Part shown: piece by piece, positions 1-10,035 of the stretch
How the letters are laid out: the number at the start of each line of letters is the position of its first letter
How positions within the stretch are numbered: the stretch's first letter is position 1
Assembly: GCA_023396625.1 (NCBI GenBank)
Contig: JAEWVY010000021.1
Location: forward strand, 1 to 40,409
Length of the DNA stretch: 40,409 nt
Source: Pseudomonadota bacterium
Lineage (GTDB): Bacteria; Pseudomonadota; Gammaproteobacteria; Burkholderiales; Burkholderiaceae_C
Direction of reading: 5' to 3'
Notes under the pieces: generated by a model
Told to the model about the DNA's origin: nothing
What the model saw: only the letters and a program-made list of their open reading frames with translations
Databases searched by the model: none
Program-made: the position numbers and the translations under genes

Positions 1-3000
1 CCGCTGTGCAGATCGTTGCCGTAGCGGGCCAGCCCCTGGAGACAACTCGGGCAGCTGGTGAGGATCTTTACATTGTCCCCGGGCGCAATGGCCCCGGACT
101 GGCGCAATGCCGCCTCGCCCTTGCGAATTTCCTCTTCCTTGCGGAACCGCACCTGGGTCGAGACGTCCGGCCGGGTGACGCCGAGGGTGCCCGATTCGCC
201 GCAGCAGCGGTCGCTGCGCAACACCCCGTCGCCCACCAGGGCCCGCACGGTAGCCATCGGATCGCCAAGCTTCATCGGGTTGTGGCACGGCTCGTGGTAG
301 AGGTATCCCACCCGGTCCGCCGCCAAGGTGATGCCCTTTTCCAACAGATATTCGTGGATGTCCACAATGCGGCAGCCCGCGAAGATGTCCTCGAACTTGT
401 AACCTTGCAGCTGGTCGTAGCAGGTGCCACAACTCACCACCACTGTCTTGATGTCCAGATAGTTGAGTGTGTTGGCCACCCGATGGAACAGCACCCGGTT
501 GTCCGTGATGATCTTCTCTGCCCGATCCGCTTCGCCAGACCCGCGCTGGGGGTAGCCACAGCAGAGATAGCCGGGCGGCAGCACAGTCTGCACCCCAGCG
601 TGCCAGAGCATGGCCTGGGAAGCCAGGCCCACCTGGCTGAACAGGCGTTCCGAACCGCAGCCGGGGAAATAGAACACGGCTTCGGTCTCGGTGGTGGTGA
701 CCCGCGGGTCGCGGATGATGGGAACGTAGTCCTTGTCCTCGATGTCCAGCAACGCGCGCGCCGTCTTCGTGGGCAAGCCGCCAGGCATCTTCTTGTTGAC
801 GAAGTGAAGCACCTGCTCACGCACTGGCGCCGGCCCGACCGTGGCGGGGGGGTGTGCCGTCTGCTTGCGCGCCGCCACGCGCAGCACCTGGCTCATCAAC
901 CGCTGCGCCCTGAAGCCCACGCCCACCATCGCCGAACGCGCGAGCTTGATGGTTTCGGGGCGCGTGGCGTTGAGAAAGAACATCGCCATCGCGTTGCCAG
1001 GGCGGAAGGACTTCTGGCCCATCTTCCGCAGCAGGTTGCGCATGGCCATGGTCACATCGCCGAAGTCGATGTTGACGGGGCACGGCGACAGGCACTTGTG
1101 ACACAGCGTGCAGTGATCGGCCACGTCCTCGAACTCCTGCCAGTGCTGGATCGACACGCCACGGCGCGTCTGCTCCTCATACAGGAAAGCCTCCACCAGC
1201 AACGACGTGGCCAGAATCTTGTTACGCGGGCTGTACAGCAGGTTGGCACGCGGCACATGGGTGGAGCACACCGGCTTGCACTTGCCGCAACGCAGACAGT
1301 CCTTGACGCTGTCGGCAATCGCGCCGATGTCGGACTGCTGCATGATCAGTGACTCGTGCCCCATGAGTCCGAAACTCGGCGTGTAGGCGTGGTCGAGACC
1401 GGACGAATAGACCGGCGCGCCGGTTTCGCCACCAGGGTGGCCCGGCCCGGGACGCAACAGCTTGCCACGGTTGAAACGCCCCTCGGGATCGACCTGGCGC
1501 TTGTAATCCGCAAACGGGCGGATCTCGGCATCGCTGAGAAACTCGAGCTTGGTGATGCCAATACCGTGCTCCCCGGAGATCACCCCACCCAGACTTCGCG
1601 CCAGCACCATGATGCGGCGCACGGCCTCGTGGGCGGCCTGAAGCATCTCGTAGTCGTCGCTGTTGACCGGTATGTTGGTGTGCACATTGCCATCCCCCGC
1701 GTGCATGTGCAGGGCCACCCAGACACGCCCCTTGAGCACCCGCTGGTGGATGGCATGGCAATCCTGCAGGATGGGAGCGAACGCCGCCCCCGTGAAAATC
1801 ACCCCCAGCGCATCGCGGATCTGTGTCTTCCAGCTTGCGCGAAGAGAGTGGTCCTGCAAGCGGGGAAACAGCGTATCCACCTCTTCCAGCCAGCCGCGCC
1901 ACTGCGCGCGCACGCCACGCACCAGGCCCTGGGCCTGGGCCACGCGCTCTTCCAGCAGTTCCGCAGGCGGCACCTCCGCCGCGTCACCTTGCTGCGCCAG
2001 CGGCAGACTGCCCCGCGTGAAGTACGCCTCGAGCTCGTCGCACAGCCGGAGTTTGTTGCGCAGGCTCAGCTCGATGTTGATCCGTTCGATGCCGTCGGTG
2101 TACTCCCCCATGCGCGGCAGCGGAATGACCACGTCCTCGTTGATCTTGAACGCATTGGTATGGCGGCTGATGGCCGCGGTGCGCTTGCGGTCGAGCCAGA
2201 ATTTCTTGCGGGCCTCGGGACTCACCGCCACGAAGCCTTCGCCATGGCGCGAATTCGCCATGCGAACCACCTCGCTGGCGACCCGGGCCACCGCGTCGGC
2301 GTCATCGCCCGCGATGTCGCCGAACAGCGCCATCTTGGGCAGGCCGCCACGTCGGGACTTGGTCGCATAGCCGACGGCCTTCAGATAGCGGTCATCCAGA
2401 TGCTCGAGCCCCGCGAGAACCACGCCGGAGCGTTTCTGCTCGGCGAACATGTACTCCTTGATGTCGACAATGCTGGGCACGGCGTCCTTGGCGTGACCAA
2501 AGAACTCCAGGCAGACCGTGCGCGTGTGCGATGGCATGCGGTGCACCACCCACCGCGCGCTGGTGATGAGGCCGTCGCAGCCCTCCTTCTGCACCCCTGG
2601 CAGGCCGGCCAGAAACTTGTCCGTCACGTCCTTGCCCAGGCCCTCCCTGCGGAACACGCTTCCCGGGATGTCGAGCCGCTCGGTCTTGAGCAGTGTCCTG
2701 CCGCCGGCATCGAAGGTCTTGAGCTCGAAGCTCGCCACCTCCACATCATGAATCTTGCCCAGGTTGTGGTTCAGCCGCGTGACCTCCAGCCACTGGGCGT
2801 CCGGCGTCACCATCCGCCAGCTCGCCAGATTGTCGAGCGCCGTGCCCCAGAGCACAGCCTTCTTGCCGCCCGCGTTCATGGCGATGTTGCCCCCCACGCA
2901 TGACGCTTCGGCGGAGGTGGGGTCCACGGCGAACACGAAACCCGCGCGCTCGGCCGCATCGGCCACCCGCTGGGTCACCACCCCCGCCTCGGTCCAGACC

Positions 3001-3773
3001 GTGGGCACGGGCGCTGCCACGCCGGGCAAGGCGACGACCTCGACCTCGCTCATGGCCTCGAGCTTCTCGGTGTTGATCACCGCGCTCTTCCAGGTCAACG
3101 GAATGGCGCCCCCGGTGTAGCCCGTGCCCCCTCCGCGCGGGATGATGGTCAGGCCAAGTTCAATGCAGCCCCTCACCAGCCCGGCCATCTCGGCCTCCGT
3201 TTCGGGGGTCAGCACCACGAAAGGATATTCAACGCGCCAATCCGTGGCATCTGTCACGTGGCTCACGCGCGACAAGGCATCGAATTTCACGTTGTCTTTC
3301 GCCGTGAGCCGGCCCAGCACCCGCTGCGCCTGCCGGCGCAGCCCGGCGATCTCATGCAGGCCCCGGTCAAAAGCGTCCACAGCTGCGTGGGCCGTCGCCA
3401 GCAACTCCGCCACCAAGGCATCACGCGCAGGATCAGCCGCGGGCGTGCGGCGCCTGTCGATCTCCGCGAGCCGGTGACGCAGCGCGTCGACCAGCATCCT
3501 GCGGCGGCCGGGATTGGCCAGCAGATCATCCTGGAGATACGGATTGCGCTGCACCACCCAGATATCCCCCAGCACCTCGTAGAGCATGCGGGCGGAGCGG
3601 CCCGTGTGGCGCTCGTCGCGCAACTGGTTCAGCAGAGCCCACGCCGGCTCACCCAGCAGGCGAATGACAATCTCGCGGTCGGAGAATGACGTGTAGTTAT
3701 AGGGAATTTCGCGCAGGCGCGGCGCCTGGCCGCCAGCGGCCAGGCACTGTTGGAGCGTGGAGGGAGCGTTCAT
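1..3773 (-). CDS. Large FAD-linked oxidase fused to a 4Fe-4S/CCG-domain oxidoreductase (GlcD+GlcF-like), with a DUF3683-type N-terminus. The 3' end runs off the window.
   Basis: Absent from the ORF track because it has no stop in the window. My translation from the ATG (complement of 3771-3773) gives [43 protein letters not shown]... Motifs seen: [16 protein letters not shown] (FAD-binding); [14 protein letters not shown] and [14 protein letters not shown] (two CxxCxxCxxxC clusters); [16 protein letters not shown] and TSCPSCLQG (CCG-type cysteine motifs). No listed minus-strand ORF uses this frame, which fits one continuous open frame of 1257 codons. Confidence 0.85.
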   Translation of the reverse strand, partial: MNAPSTLQQCLAAGGQAPRLREIPYNYTSFSDREIVIRLLGEPAWALLNQLRDERHTGRSARMLYEVLGDIWVVQRNPYLQDDLLANPGRRRMLVDALRHRLAEIDRRRTPAADPARDALVAELLATAHAAVDAFDRGLHEIAGLRRQAQRVLGRLTAKDNVKFDALSRVSHVTDATDWRVEYPFVVLTPETEAEMAGLVRGCIELGLTIIPRGGGTGYTGGAIPLTWKSAVINTEKLEAMSEVEVVALPGVAAPVPTVWTEAGVVTQRVADAAERAGFVFAVDPTSAEASCVGGNIAMNAGGKKAVLWGTALDNLASWRMVTPDAQWLEVTRLNHNLGKIHDVEVASFELKTFDAGGRTLLKTERLDIPGSVFRREGLGKDVTDKFLAGLPGVQKEGCDGLITSARWVVHRMPSHTRTVCLEFFGHAKDAVPSIVDIKEYMFAEQKRSGVVLAGLEHLDDRYLKAVGYATKSRRGGLPKMALFGDIAGDDADAVARVASEVVRMANSRHGEGFVAVSPEARKKFWLDRKRTAAISRHTNAFKINEDVVIPLPRMGEYTDGIERINIELSLRNKLRLCDELEAYFTRGSLPLAQQGDAAEVPPAELLEERVAQAQGLVRGVRAQWRGWLEEVDTLFPRLQDHSLRASWKTQIRDALGVIFTGAAFAPILQDCHAIHQRVLKGRVWVALHMHAGDGNVHTNIPVNSDDYEMLQAAHEAVRRIMVLARSLGGVISGEHGIGITKLEFLSDAEIRPFADYKRQVDPEGRFNRGKLLRPGPGHPGGETGAPVYSSGLDHAYTPSFGLMGHESLIMQQSDIGAIADSVKDCLRCGKCKPVCSTHVPRANLLYSPRNKILATSLLVEAFLYEEQTRRGVSIQHWQEFEDVADHCTLCHKCLSPCPVNIDFGDVTMAMRNLLRKMGQKSFRPGNAMAMFFLNATRPETIKLARSAMVGVGFRAQRLMSQVLRVAARKQTAHPPATVGPAPVREQVLHFVNKKMPGGLPTKTARALLDIEDKDYVPIIRDPRVTTTETEAVFYFPGCGSERLFSQVGLASQAMLWHAGVQTVLPPGYLCCGYPQRGSGEADRAEKIITDNRVLFHRVANTLNYLDIKTVVVSCGTCYDQLQGYKFEDIFAGCRIVDIHEYLLEKGITLAADRVGYLYHEPCHNPMKLGDPMATVRALVGDGVLRSDRCCGESGTLGVTRPDVSTQVRFRKEEEIRKGEAALRQSGAIAPGDNVKILTSCPSCLQGLARYGNDLHS

Positions 3774-3912
3774 CGGTAGAGGCAAGCACAGCCAGACCCG
3801 GACAAAAGCGTGACCACCCGGCTGAGCGAGGATGTTACCGCAGCGCAACATACACACACCGGGCCTGGGGCCTGGCCGTCGCGCAGCGGACACCCCCCTC
3901 AGGCAAACCCGC

Positions 3913-3952
3913 TTGCCACGGTCCTGTCATTCGTTCTACATTGAAATGTCAT
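3913..3952 (+). promoter_or_regulatory. Tandem Pho boxes (PhoB-binding direct repeats) upstream of ugpB
   Basis: Four 7-nt units lie at exact 11-bp phasing: TTGCCAC ggtc CTGTCAT tcgt TCTACAT tgaa ATGTCAT. The E. coli Pho box consensus is CTGTCAT-N4-CTGTCAT. A -10-like TAAGAT sits at 3963-3968, 10 nt downstream, a GAGGAG RBS at 3984-3989, and the ATG at 3995. ugp is a Pho-regulon operon in E. coli. Confidence 0.55.
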
Positions 3953-3994
3953 TTCCGGAAGCTAAGATTCCGGCTTCCATTTTGAGGAGACCCC

Positions 3995-5299
3995 ATGAAA
4001 TCAAGACTGACCGTGGCCGCTTTCGCGGCTTTTCTGGCCCTGCCGGCTTCCGCACAAACCGAAATTCAATGGTGGCACTCCATGGGCGGCGCGTTGGGCG
4101 AGTGGGTCAACGACCTGGCCAAGGACTTCAACGCCAGCCAGAAGGATTACAAGATCGTGCCCACCTTCAAGGGCAGCTACGATGAATCGATGACGGCCGC
4201 GATCGCCGCGTTCCGCTCCGGCAACGCGCCGCACATCCTGCAAGTGTTCGAAGTCGGCACCGCCACCATGATGGCCAGCAAGGGCGCGATCAAGCCCGTG
4301 GCCGAAGTCATGAAGGAAGGTGGCGTGAGCTTCGACCCCAACGCCTACGTTCCCGCCGTGGCCGGTTATTACACGGCCCCGAACGGCCAGATGCTGAGCT
4401 TTCCGTTCAACAGCTCCACGCCGGTGTTCCATTACAACAAGGATGCGTTCAAGGCCGCCGGCCTCGACCCCGAAAAGCCGCCGACCACCTGGCCAGAAGT
4501 CGCCCTGGCGGCAGCCAAGCTGAAGGCCAGCGGTCACAAATGCCCGTTCACCACGAGCTGGATCAGCTGGACGCAGCTCGAGAGCTTCTCGGCTTGGCAC
4601 AACGTGCTGTTCGCCACCAAAAACAACGGCTTCGGTGGCCTGGATACGCGCCTGTCGTTCAACACCCCGTTGCACATGCGCCACATTGAAAACCTGGCCA
4701 ACATGGCCAAGAACGGCCTGTTCGTCTACAAAGGCCGGGGCAACGCCGCCGATGCGACCTTCGTGTCTGGCGAGTGCGCCATGGCCACGGGCTCCTCGGC
4801 GCTGTACGGCAACGTGACGCGCAATGGCAAGTTCGCCTACGGCATCGGCACCCTGCCCTATTACCCCGACGTGCAGGGCGCGCCGCAGAACACGGTGATC
4901 GGCGGCGCCAGCCTCTGGGTCATGAACGGCAAGAAGGCCGCGGAGTACAAGGGCGTGGCGCAGTTCTTCGCGCACCTGTCCAAACCCGAGGTGGCGGCCG
5001 CCAGCCACCAGCGCACGGGCTACCTGCCCGTGACCCGGGCCTCCTTCGAGCTGACCGACAAATCGGGCTTCTACAAGAAGAACCCCGGCACCGACGTCTC
5101 CGTCACGCAGATGATCCGCAAGACCACCGACAAGTCGCGCGGTGTGCGCCTGGGCAACTTCGTGCAGATCCGTACGGTGATCGACGAGGAACTCGAGGGC
5201 GTGTGGAGTGGCAAGAAGACACCCGGCGAGGCGCTGAATGCCGCCATCCGCCGTGGCAACGAACTTCTGGAGCGCTTCCAGAAGGCCAACAAGTCCTGA
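3995..5299 (+). CDS. ugpB: sn-glycerol-3-phosphate ABC transporter substrate-binding protein
   Basis: 434 aa with a signal peptide (MKSRLTVAAFAAFLALPASAQ). Strong UgpB-like sequence (TEIQWWHSMGG...) and first gene of a ugpBAECQ array. Confidence 0.93.
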   Translation: MKSRLTVAAFAAFLALPASAQTEIQWWHSMGGALGEWVNDLAKDFNASQKDYKIVPTFKGSYDESMTAAIAAFRSGNAPHILQVFEVGTATMMASKGAIKPVAEVMKEGGVSFDPNAYVPAVAGYYTAPNGQMLSFPFNSSTPVFHYNKDAFKAAGLDPEKPPTTWPEVALAAAKLKASGHKCPFTTSWISWTQLESFSAWHNVLFATKNNGFGGLDTRLSFNTPLHMRHIENLANMAKNGLFVYKGRGNAADATFVSGECAMATGSSALYGNVTRNGKFAYGIGTLPYYPDVQGAPQNTVIGGASLWVMNGKKAAEYKGVAQFFAHLSKPEVAAASHQRTGYLPVTRASFELTDKSGFYKKNPGTDVSVTQMIRKTTDKSRGVRLGNFVQIRTVIDEELEGVWSGKKTPGEALNAAIRRGNELLERFQKANKS

Positions 5300-5343
5300 T
5301 CCGCGGCATCGCCCGCCGCCCCGGATCCGTCTCACCGGGCAGG

Positions 5344-5370
5344 AAAAGCAGATGCAGGCCATCTGCTTTT
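5344..5370 (+). terminator. Intercistronic stem-loop after ugpB (attenuator or partial terminator)
   Basis: Perfect 11-bp inverted repeat AAAAGCAGATG-caggc-CATCTGCTTTT followed by TCTGTTTG. It lies in the 105-nt ugpB-ugpA spacer. Confidence 0.5.
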
Positions 5371-5404
5371 TCTGTTTGAGTCCCCCACCTTCCCACGGCA
5401 CCCC

Positions 5405-6286
5405 ATGGAAAAACGCGTCCGCTTCAAGTCAGCCTGGCTGCCATGGCTGCTGATCACGCCGCAAATGGCGATCATCCTGGTGTTTTTCTTCTGGCCGGCA
5501 GGCCAGGCGCTGTACCAGAGCGTGCAGCAGCAAGATGCCTTTGGCACGTCCAGCGAGTTCGTCGGGCTGGAAAACTTCGAACGGCTTTTTGCGGACCCGG
5601 GCTACCTCGACTCGTTCAAGACCACCGCGATCTTCTCGGCTCTGGTCGCCGTACTGGGCCTGGCCATCGCGCTGCTGCTGGCTGTCATGGCCAATCGCGT
5701 GGTGCGCGGCGCCGCCGTGTACAAGACCCTGCTCATCTGGCCCTATGCCGTGGCGCCGGTGATTGCGGGCGTCCTGTGGCTGATGATGTTCGCTTCGCCG
5801 TATGGTGTGGTGTCGCATACCCTGCGCGCCATGGGCATGGAGTGGGACCATTTGCTCAACGCCAACCACGCCATGGCGCTGATCGTGATGGCCGCGGTGT
5901 GGAAGCAGATCTCCTACAACTTCCTGTTTTTCCTGGCCGGACTGCAGTCGATCCCGCATTCGCTGATCGAGGCCGCCACCATCGACGGGGCCTCGCCATG
6001 GAAACGATTCTGGAGCATCGTGTTTCCCCTGCTGTCACCCACCACGTTCTTCCTTCTGGTGATCAACGTCGTCTACGCCTTCTTCGACACCTTCGCCATC
6101 GTCGACGCCGCCACGCATGGCGGCCCGGGCAAGGAGACGTCGATTCTGGTCTACAAGGTGTACTACGACGGATTCAAGGCCCTGGACATCAATGGCTCGG
6201 CGGCGCAATCGGTGGTCCTGATGTTGATCGTGGTGCTGCTCACCGTGATCCAGTTCCGCTTCGTTGAAAAGAAAGTGCAGTACTGA
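5405..6286 (+). CDS. ugpA: sn-glycerol-3-phosphate ABC transporter permease
   Basis: 293-aa polytopic membrane protein of the MalF/UgpA type, at the ugpA position in the operon. Confidence 0.9.
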   Translation: MEKRVRFKSAWLPWLLITPQMAIILVFFFWPAGQALYQSVQQQDAFGTSSEFVGLENFERLFADPGYLDSFKTTAIFSALVAVLGLAIALLLAVMANRVVRGAAVYKTLLIWPYAVAPVIAGVLWLMMFASPYGVVSHTLRAMGMEWDHLLNANHAMALIVMAAVWKQISYNFLFFLAGLQSIPHSLIEAATIDGASPWKRFWSIVFPLLSPTTFFLLVINVVYAFFDTFAIVDAATHGGPGKETSILVYKVYYDGFKALDINGSAAQSVVLMLIVVLLTVIQFRFVEKKVQY

Positions 6287-6370
6287 CATGGTTCCTTCCG
6301 TTCGCGGCGCCGCCGCCCTTGCCACCCAAGGGCTTCACGGCAACCCGGAAGTCGGCTCTCGGAGTCCCTC

Positions 6371-7225
6371 ATGATCGAGCGCCGGCCCTTTCTCACCTTC
6401 ATCGCGCATGTCACGCTGATCATCGGCGTGCTCATCGTGTTTTTCCCGATCTACGTGACCTTCATCGGTTCCACGCAGACCGCCCAGCAGATCGCGAGCA
6501 GCAACCCGATCTCGCTGCTGCCGGGTGGCCACATGCTCGAAAGCTACCGCCTCGCGCTGTTCGGCGGCAAAACCGAGGCGGGTTCCAGCATCGCACCCGC
6601 CCTGCCAATGATGGGCATCAGCCTGGCCAGCGCGCTGATCATCTCCATCGGCAAGATCGCCATCTCGCTGTTGTCCGCCTTTGCCATCGTCTACTTTCGC
6701 TTTCCGGCCAAGGGATTGGTGTTCTGGATGATTTTCGTGACGCTGATGCTGCCCGTGGAGGTGCGCATCGGCCCGACCTACGAGGTCGTCTCGGACCTGA
6801 GGATGCTCAATTCCATGGCGGGCCTCACGGTGCCGCTGATCGCCTCGGCCACGGCCACCTTCTTGTTTCGGCAATTCTTCCTCACCGTGCCCGACGAACT
6901 GGTGGAGGCTGCCCGCATCGATGGTGCCGGCCCCATGCGCTTCTTCTGGGACGTCCTGCTGCCGCTGTCCAAAACCTCGACAGCGGCGCTGTTCGTGATC
7001 CAGTTCATCTACGGCTGGAACCAGTATCTCTGGCCTTTGCTCGTGACCACCGATGAAACCATGTATCCCATCGTGATGGGCATCAAGCGCCTCATTTTCG
7101 GTGAGGTCTATATCGAGTGGAACGTGGTGATGGCCACCGCCATCCTGGCCATGCTGCCTCCCGCGGCTGTGGTCATCCTGATGCAGAAATGGTTCGTCAA
7201 GGGCCTCGTCGACACGGAAAAATAA
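6371..7225 (+). CDS. ugpE: sn-glycerol-3-phosphate ABC transporter permease
   Basis: 284 aa. The N-terminus [28 protein letters not shown] closely parallels E. coli UgpE as I recall it. Confidence 0.9.
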   Translation: MIERRPFLTFIAHVTLIIGVLIVFFPIYVTFIGSTQTAQQIASSNPISLLPGGHMLESYRLALFGGKTEAGSSIAPALPMMGISLASALIISIGKIAISLLSAFAIVYFRFPAKGLVFWMIFVTLMLPVEVRIGPTYEVVSDLRMLNSMAGLTVPLIASATATFLFRQFFLTVPDELVEAARIDGAGPMRFFWDVLLPLSKTSTAALFVIQFIYGWNQYLWPLLVTTDETMYPIVMGIKRLIFGEVYIEWNVVMATAILAMLPPAAVVILMQKWFVKGLVDTEK

Positions 7226-7227
7226 AC

Positions 7228-8232
7228 ATGGCTGCCATCTCCCTCAAAAACGTCGTCAAACGCTACGGCCACGGCCCCAAGGCCAACCAGGTCATCCACG
7301 GCGTGAACGCCGACATCGCGGACGGCGAATTCGTCGTCATCGTGGGGCCGTCGGGCTGCGGCAAGTCCACGCTGCTGCGCATGGTGGCCGGCCTCGAGGA
7401 AATCTCCGGCGGCACGATCTCCATTGGCGCGCGCGTGGTCAATGACCTCGAGCCCGCCGAGCGGGACATCGCCATGGTGTTCCAGAACTACGCCCTGTAT
7501 CCGCACATGAGCGTGTTTGACAACATGGCCTACGGCCTGAAGATCGCCAAGGTGCCGGTCGCCGACATCAAGACCCGCGTGGACAAGGCGGCGAGCATCC
7601 TGGAACTCGGGCACCTGCTCGAGCGCAAGCCGCGCGAACTCTCGGGCGGCCAGCGTCAGCGTGTGGCCATGGGCCGCGCCATCGTGCGCCAGCCGCAGGT
7701 CTTCCTGTTCGACGAACCTCTGTCCAACCTGGACGCCAAGCTGCGCGCCCAGACGCGCCTGGAAATCCAGAAACTGCACCGCGAACTCGGCATCACCAGC
7801 CTGTTCGTGACGCACGACCAGGTCGAGGCCATGACGCTCGCGCAGCGCATGATCGTGATGAACGCCGGCAACATGGAGCAGTTCGGCACGCCCGAGGAGG
7901 TCTACCACACGCCCGCCTCGACGTTCGTCGCCAGCTTCATCGGCTCGCCGCCCATGAACCTCCTCAAGAACGCGCCGGGCGGCCAGACCGGCACCATCCT
8001 GGGCGTGCGGCCCGAACACCTGGACGTGAGTGCGACCGGCTGGGAAGTGCGCGTGGAAACCGCCGAACTGCTGGGCGCCGAACGCCTGATCTATGGCCGA
8101 CTGGGCGGCGAACAGCTCATCGTTCGGGTGGAGGAAGGCACGCACGCGCCGCAACCGGACGAGCTCATCCACGTCACCCCGCGCCCGGATCGTCTGCACG
8201 CGTTTGACGCCGCCACCGGAAAGCGGAAGTAG
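7228..8232 (+). CDS. ugpC: sn-glycerol-3-phosphate ABC transporter ATP-binding protein
   Basis: The start is trimmed to the ATG at 7228 ([14 protein letters not shown]), 3 nt after the ugpE stop. Walker [10 protein letters not shown], signature LSGGQRQR, Walker B FLFDEP. Confidence 0.93.
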   Translation: MAAISLKNVVKRYGHGPKANQVIHGVNADIADGEFVVIVGPSGCGKSTLLRMVAGLEEISGGTISIGARVVNDLEPAERDIAMVFQNYALYPHMSVFDNMAYGLKIAKVPVADIKTRVDKAASILELGHLLERKPRELSGGQRQRVAMGRAIVRQPQVFLFDEPLSNLDAKLRAQTRLEIQKLHRELGITSLFVTHDQVEAMTLAQRMIVMNAGNMEQFGTPEEVYHTPASTFVASFIGSPPMNLLKNAPGGQTGTILGVRPEHLDVSATGWEVRVETAELLGAERLIYGRLGGEQLIVRVEEGTHAPQPDELIHVTPRPDRLHAFDAATGKRK

Positions 8233-8334
8233 CCTGTCCCTGGACGGCGAGGCGGCCCCCGCGCAGCACCCCTGGCATGGGCCGTGCCAGCTTGATCGGC
8301 CAGGGGGAACGTTAGACACGAAGGAACCACCTCC

Positions 8335-9075
8335 ATGACCACACCGTGGCCTTACCCGCGATGGATCGCCCACCGGGGCGCCGGCAAGCTGGCACCCGAG
8401 AACACGCTGGCGGCCTTCCGCCTGGGGGCGCAGCACGGCTACCGCATGTTCGAGTGCGACGCCAAGCTCAGCCGTGATGGCGAGCCGTTCCTGCTGCACG
8501 ATGCCACCCTGGAACGCACGACCAGCGGCGCCGGCCGCGCCAGCGACCTCACCCTGGGTGAACTGGCCCGACTCGACGCAGGCCACTGGCATTCGCGCGC
8601 CTATGCCGGCGAACCGGTGCCCACGCTGGAGAATGTTGCGCGCTTTTGCATCGCCAACGGCCATTTCCTGAACATCGAAATCAAGCCGACGCCCGGCCAG
8701 GAAGAAGAAACCGGCCGCGTGGTCGGCGAAGCCGCCGCCCGCCTGTGGCGCGACCAGGCCGTCCCGCCGCTTTTTTCCTCGTTCCGGCCTGAATCGCTGG
8801 CCGGCGCGCGGGCCACCGCCCCACACGTGCCACGCGGCCTGCTGCTCGACACTTTGTGGGACGGCTGCTTCGACCACGCCCGTGAATTGGGCTGCGTAGC
8901 CATCGTGTGCAACCACGCTCTGTGGGACCGTGCCCTGGTGGCGCGCGTTCAGGGCTGGGGTCTGCGGGCCCTGAGCTACACCGTGAACGACGAATGGGCG
9001 GCGCAGCGCCTCATCGCCCTGGGCACCGACGGTCTCATCACCGACCGCGTGGACCTGTTCAATCCCGCGTCCTGA
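8335..9075 (+). CDS. ugpQ: Glycerophosphodiester phosphodiesterase
   Basis: 246-aa GDPD-family sequence (IAHRGAGKLAPENTLAAF, ECDAKLSRDG). Last gene of the ugp array. Confidence 0.88.
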   Translation: MTTPWPYPRWIAHRGAGKLAPENTLAAFRLGAQHGYRMFECDAKLSRDGEPFLLHDATLERTTSGAGRASDLTLGELARLDAGHWHSRAYAGEPVPTLENVARFCIANGHFLNIEIKPTPGQEEETGRVVGEAAARLWRDQAVPPLFSSFRPESLAGARATAPHVPRGLLLDTLWDGCFDHARELGCVAIVCNHALWDRALVARVQGWGLRALSYTVNDEWAAQRLIALGTDGLITDRVDLFNPAS

Positions 9076-9090
9076 GACCCTGGCATCAAC

Positions 9091-9114
9091 AAAATCCCGG
9101 CCAGCCCGGGTTTT
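9091..9114. terminator. Bidirectional terminator-like hairpin between convergent ugpQ and the FGase-family gene
   Basis: AAAATCCCGG-ccagc-CCGGGTTTT: a 5-bp GC stem flanked by an A4 run and a T4 run, so a U-tract follows it on either strand. Confidence 0.45.
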
Positions 9115-9135
9115 CGAGGCGACCCGCTCAACGGC

Positions 9136-10035
9136 TCAGGGCCGCGACGCGAGCACGCCGCGCACGTAGGCCGCGATCACGGCCAGCAACTGGTCCAGGT
9201 GAGCGCGCAGCGGCTCGAAGCCCGCGTTGGGCTCGCGTGTATCCTCGTCCATGTAGACAGGGCGGCGGATCTCGACCTGCAGGCTGTGCCGACTCAGGTG
9301 CGGTTGGCCAATGCGGCCGATCAGCTCCACCCCCTTGTAGGGCTCGTTATAGGCCACGCTATAGCCAAAGCCTCGCAGCGTCTCGCCGACAAGTTGGATA
9401 AATTCGGGCGCGCAGGACGTGCCGTCGCAGTCACCCAGCACGAAGTCGGCCAGCGGCGGCGCATCGGCGCGACCCAGGCGCCGGTACACATCGTTGGGCA
9501 TGGAATGCAGGTTCAGGTGCCACACGGCGCCAAAGCCATGCACGCTCGCGTCGATGGCCTGCTGCAGCGCCGCATGGTAGGGCCTCCAGTAGCGCCCAAT
9601 GCGGTGCTGCACCTCGGCCACCGTTCGCCTGCGCGTATATATCGGTGTGGCCACACCGTCGACATTGATGCTCTGCCAGATCAAGCCCAGGCCCTGTCGC
9701 GTTTTCACGCCCGGTGACAGCGGCACGGGCCACGCGCCGTCGATCTGCGCGGGGTCCAGGTCGGTGTCGCTGCGGTTCACATCGATGTAGGTACGCGGAA
9801 ACGTGGCCGCCAGCAGCGTGGCGCCGTGCGCGGGCGCCGTGTGCCACAGCGTGTGTACGTGCGTATCCTCGCCCCGGCGCAGCAGCGCCATGGGCACGGC
9901 GTGACCGAAGTCCTCGGGGTATGCCGTGCCACTGTGCGGCGAGTCGCACACCAGCGGCAGGGCGGGCACGGTGGGCGACCGCACCTCGACCGGGGTGTCC
10001 GGCCGGGGACGCAGGAAGTCGGGCAACGGCATCAA
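9136..10035 (-). CDS. N-formylglutamate amidohydrolase family protein (FGase, PF05013-like)
   Basis: 299 aa. N-terminal LVCDSPHSGTAYPEDF and later RGEDTHVHTLW are typical of FGase-family enzymes. Its ATG overlaps the stop of the upstream Bug gene (ATGA). Confidence 0.8.
   Translation of the reverse strand: MMPLPDFLRPRPDTPVEVRSPTVPALPLVCDSPHSGTAYPEDFGHAVPMALLRRGEDTHVHTLWHTAPAHGATLLAATFPRTYIDVNRSDTDLDPAQIDGAWPVPLSPGVKTRQGLGLIWQSINVDGVATPIYTRRRTVAEVQHRIGRYWRPYHAALQQAIDASVHGFGAVWHLNLHSMPNDVYRRLGRADAPPLADFVLGDCDGTSCAPEFIQLVGETLRGFGYSVAYNEPYKGVELIGRIGQPHLSRHSLQVEIRRPVYMDEDTREPNAGFEPLRAHLDQLLAVIAAYVRGVLASRP

Noticed and set aside
6-2903. Long plus-strand ORFs (6..1352, 448 aa; 1356..2903, 515 aa). 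Similar long antisense ORFs occur elsewhere: 7108..8916, 9714..11126, 12315..13589, 18174..20123, 22607..23884, 26041..27045, 31994..33337, 34516..36852.
   Set aside because: Their translations are Arg/Ala/Gly/Pro/His-rich low-complexity strings with no recognisable motifs. Each lies opposite or out of frame to a gene with strong family signatures. Long stop-free alternative frames are the expected artefact of high GC content.
3686-4185. ORFs 3686..3985 (99 aa) and 3832..4185 (117 aa) in and around the ugpB upstream region.
   Set aside because: They overlap the start of the giant oxidoreductase gene, the Pho-box promoter or ugpB itself. Their translations are Arg/Pro-rich with no motifs. The region is better explained as a divergent regulatory spacer.
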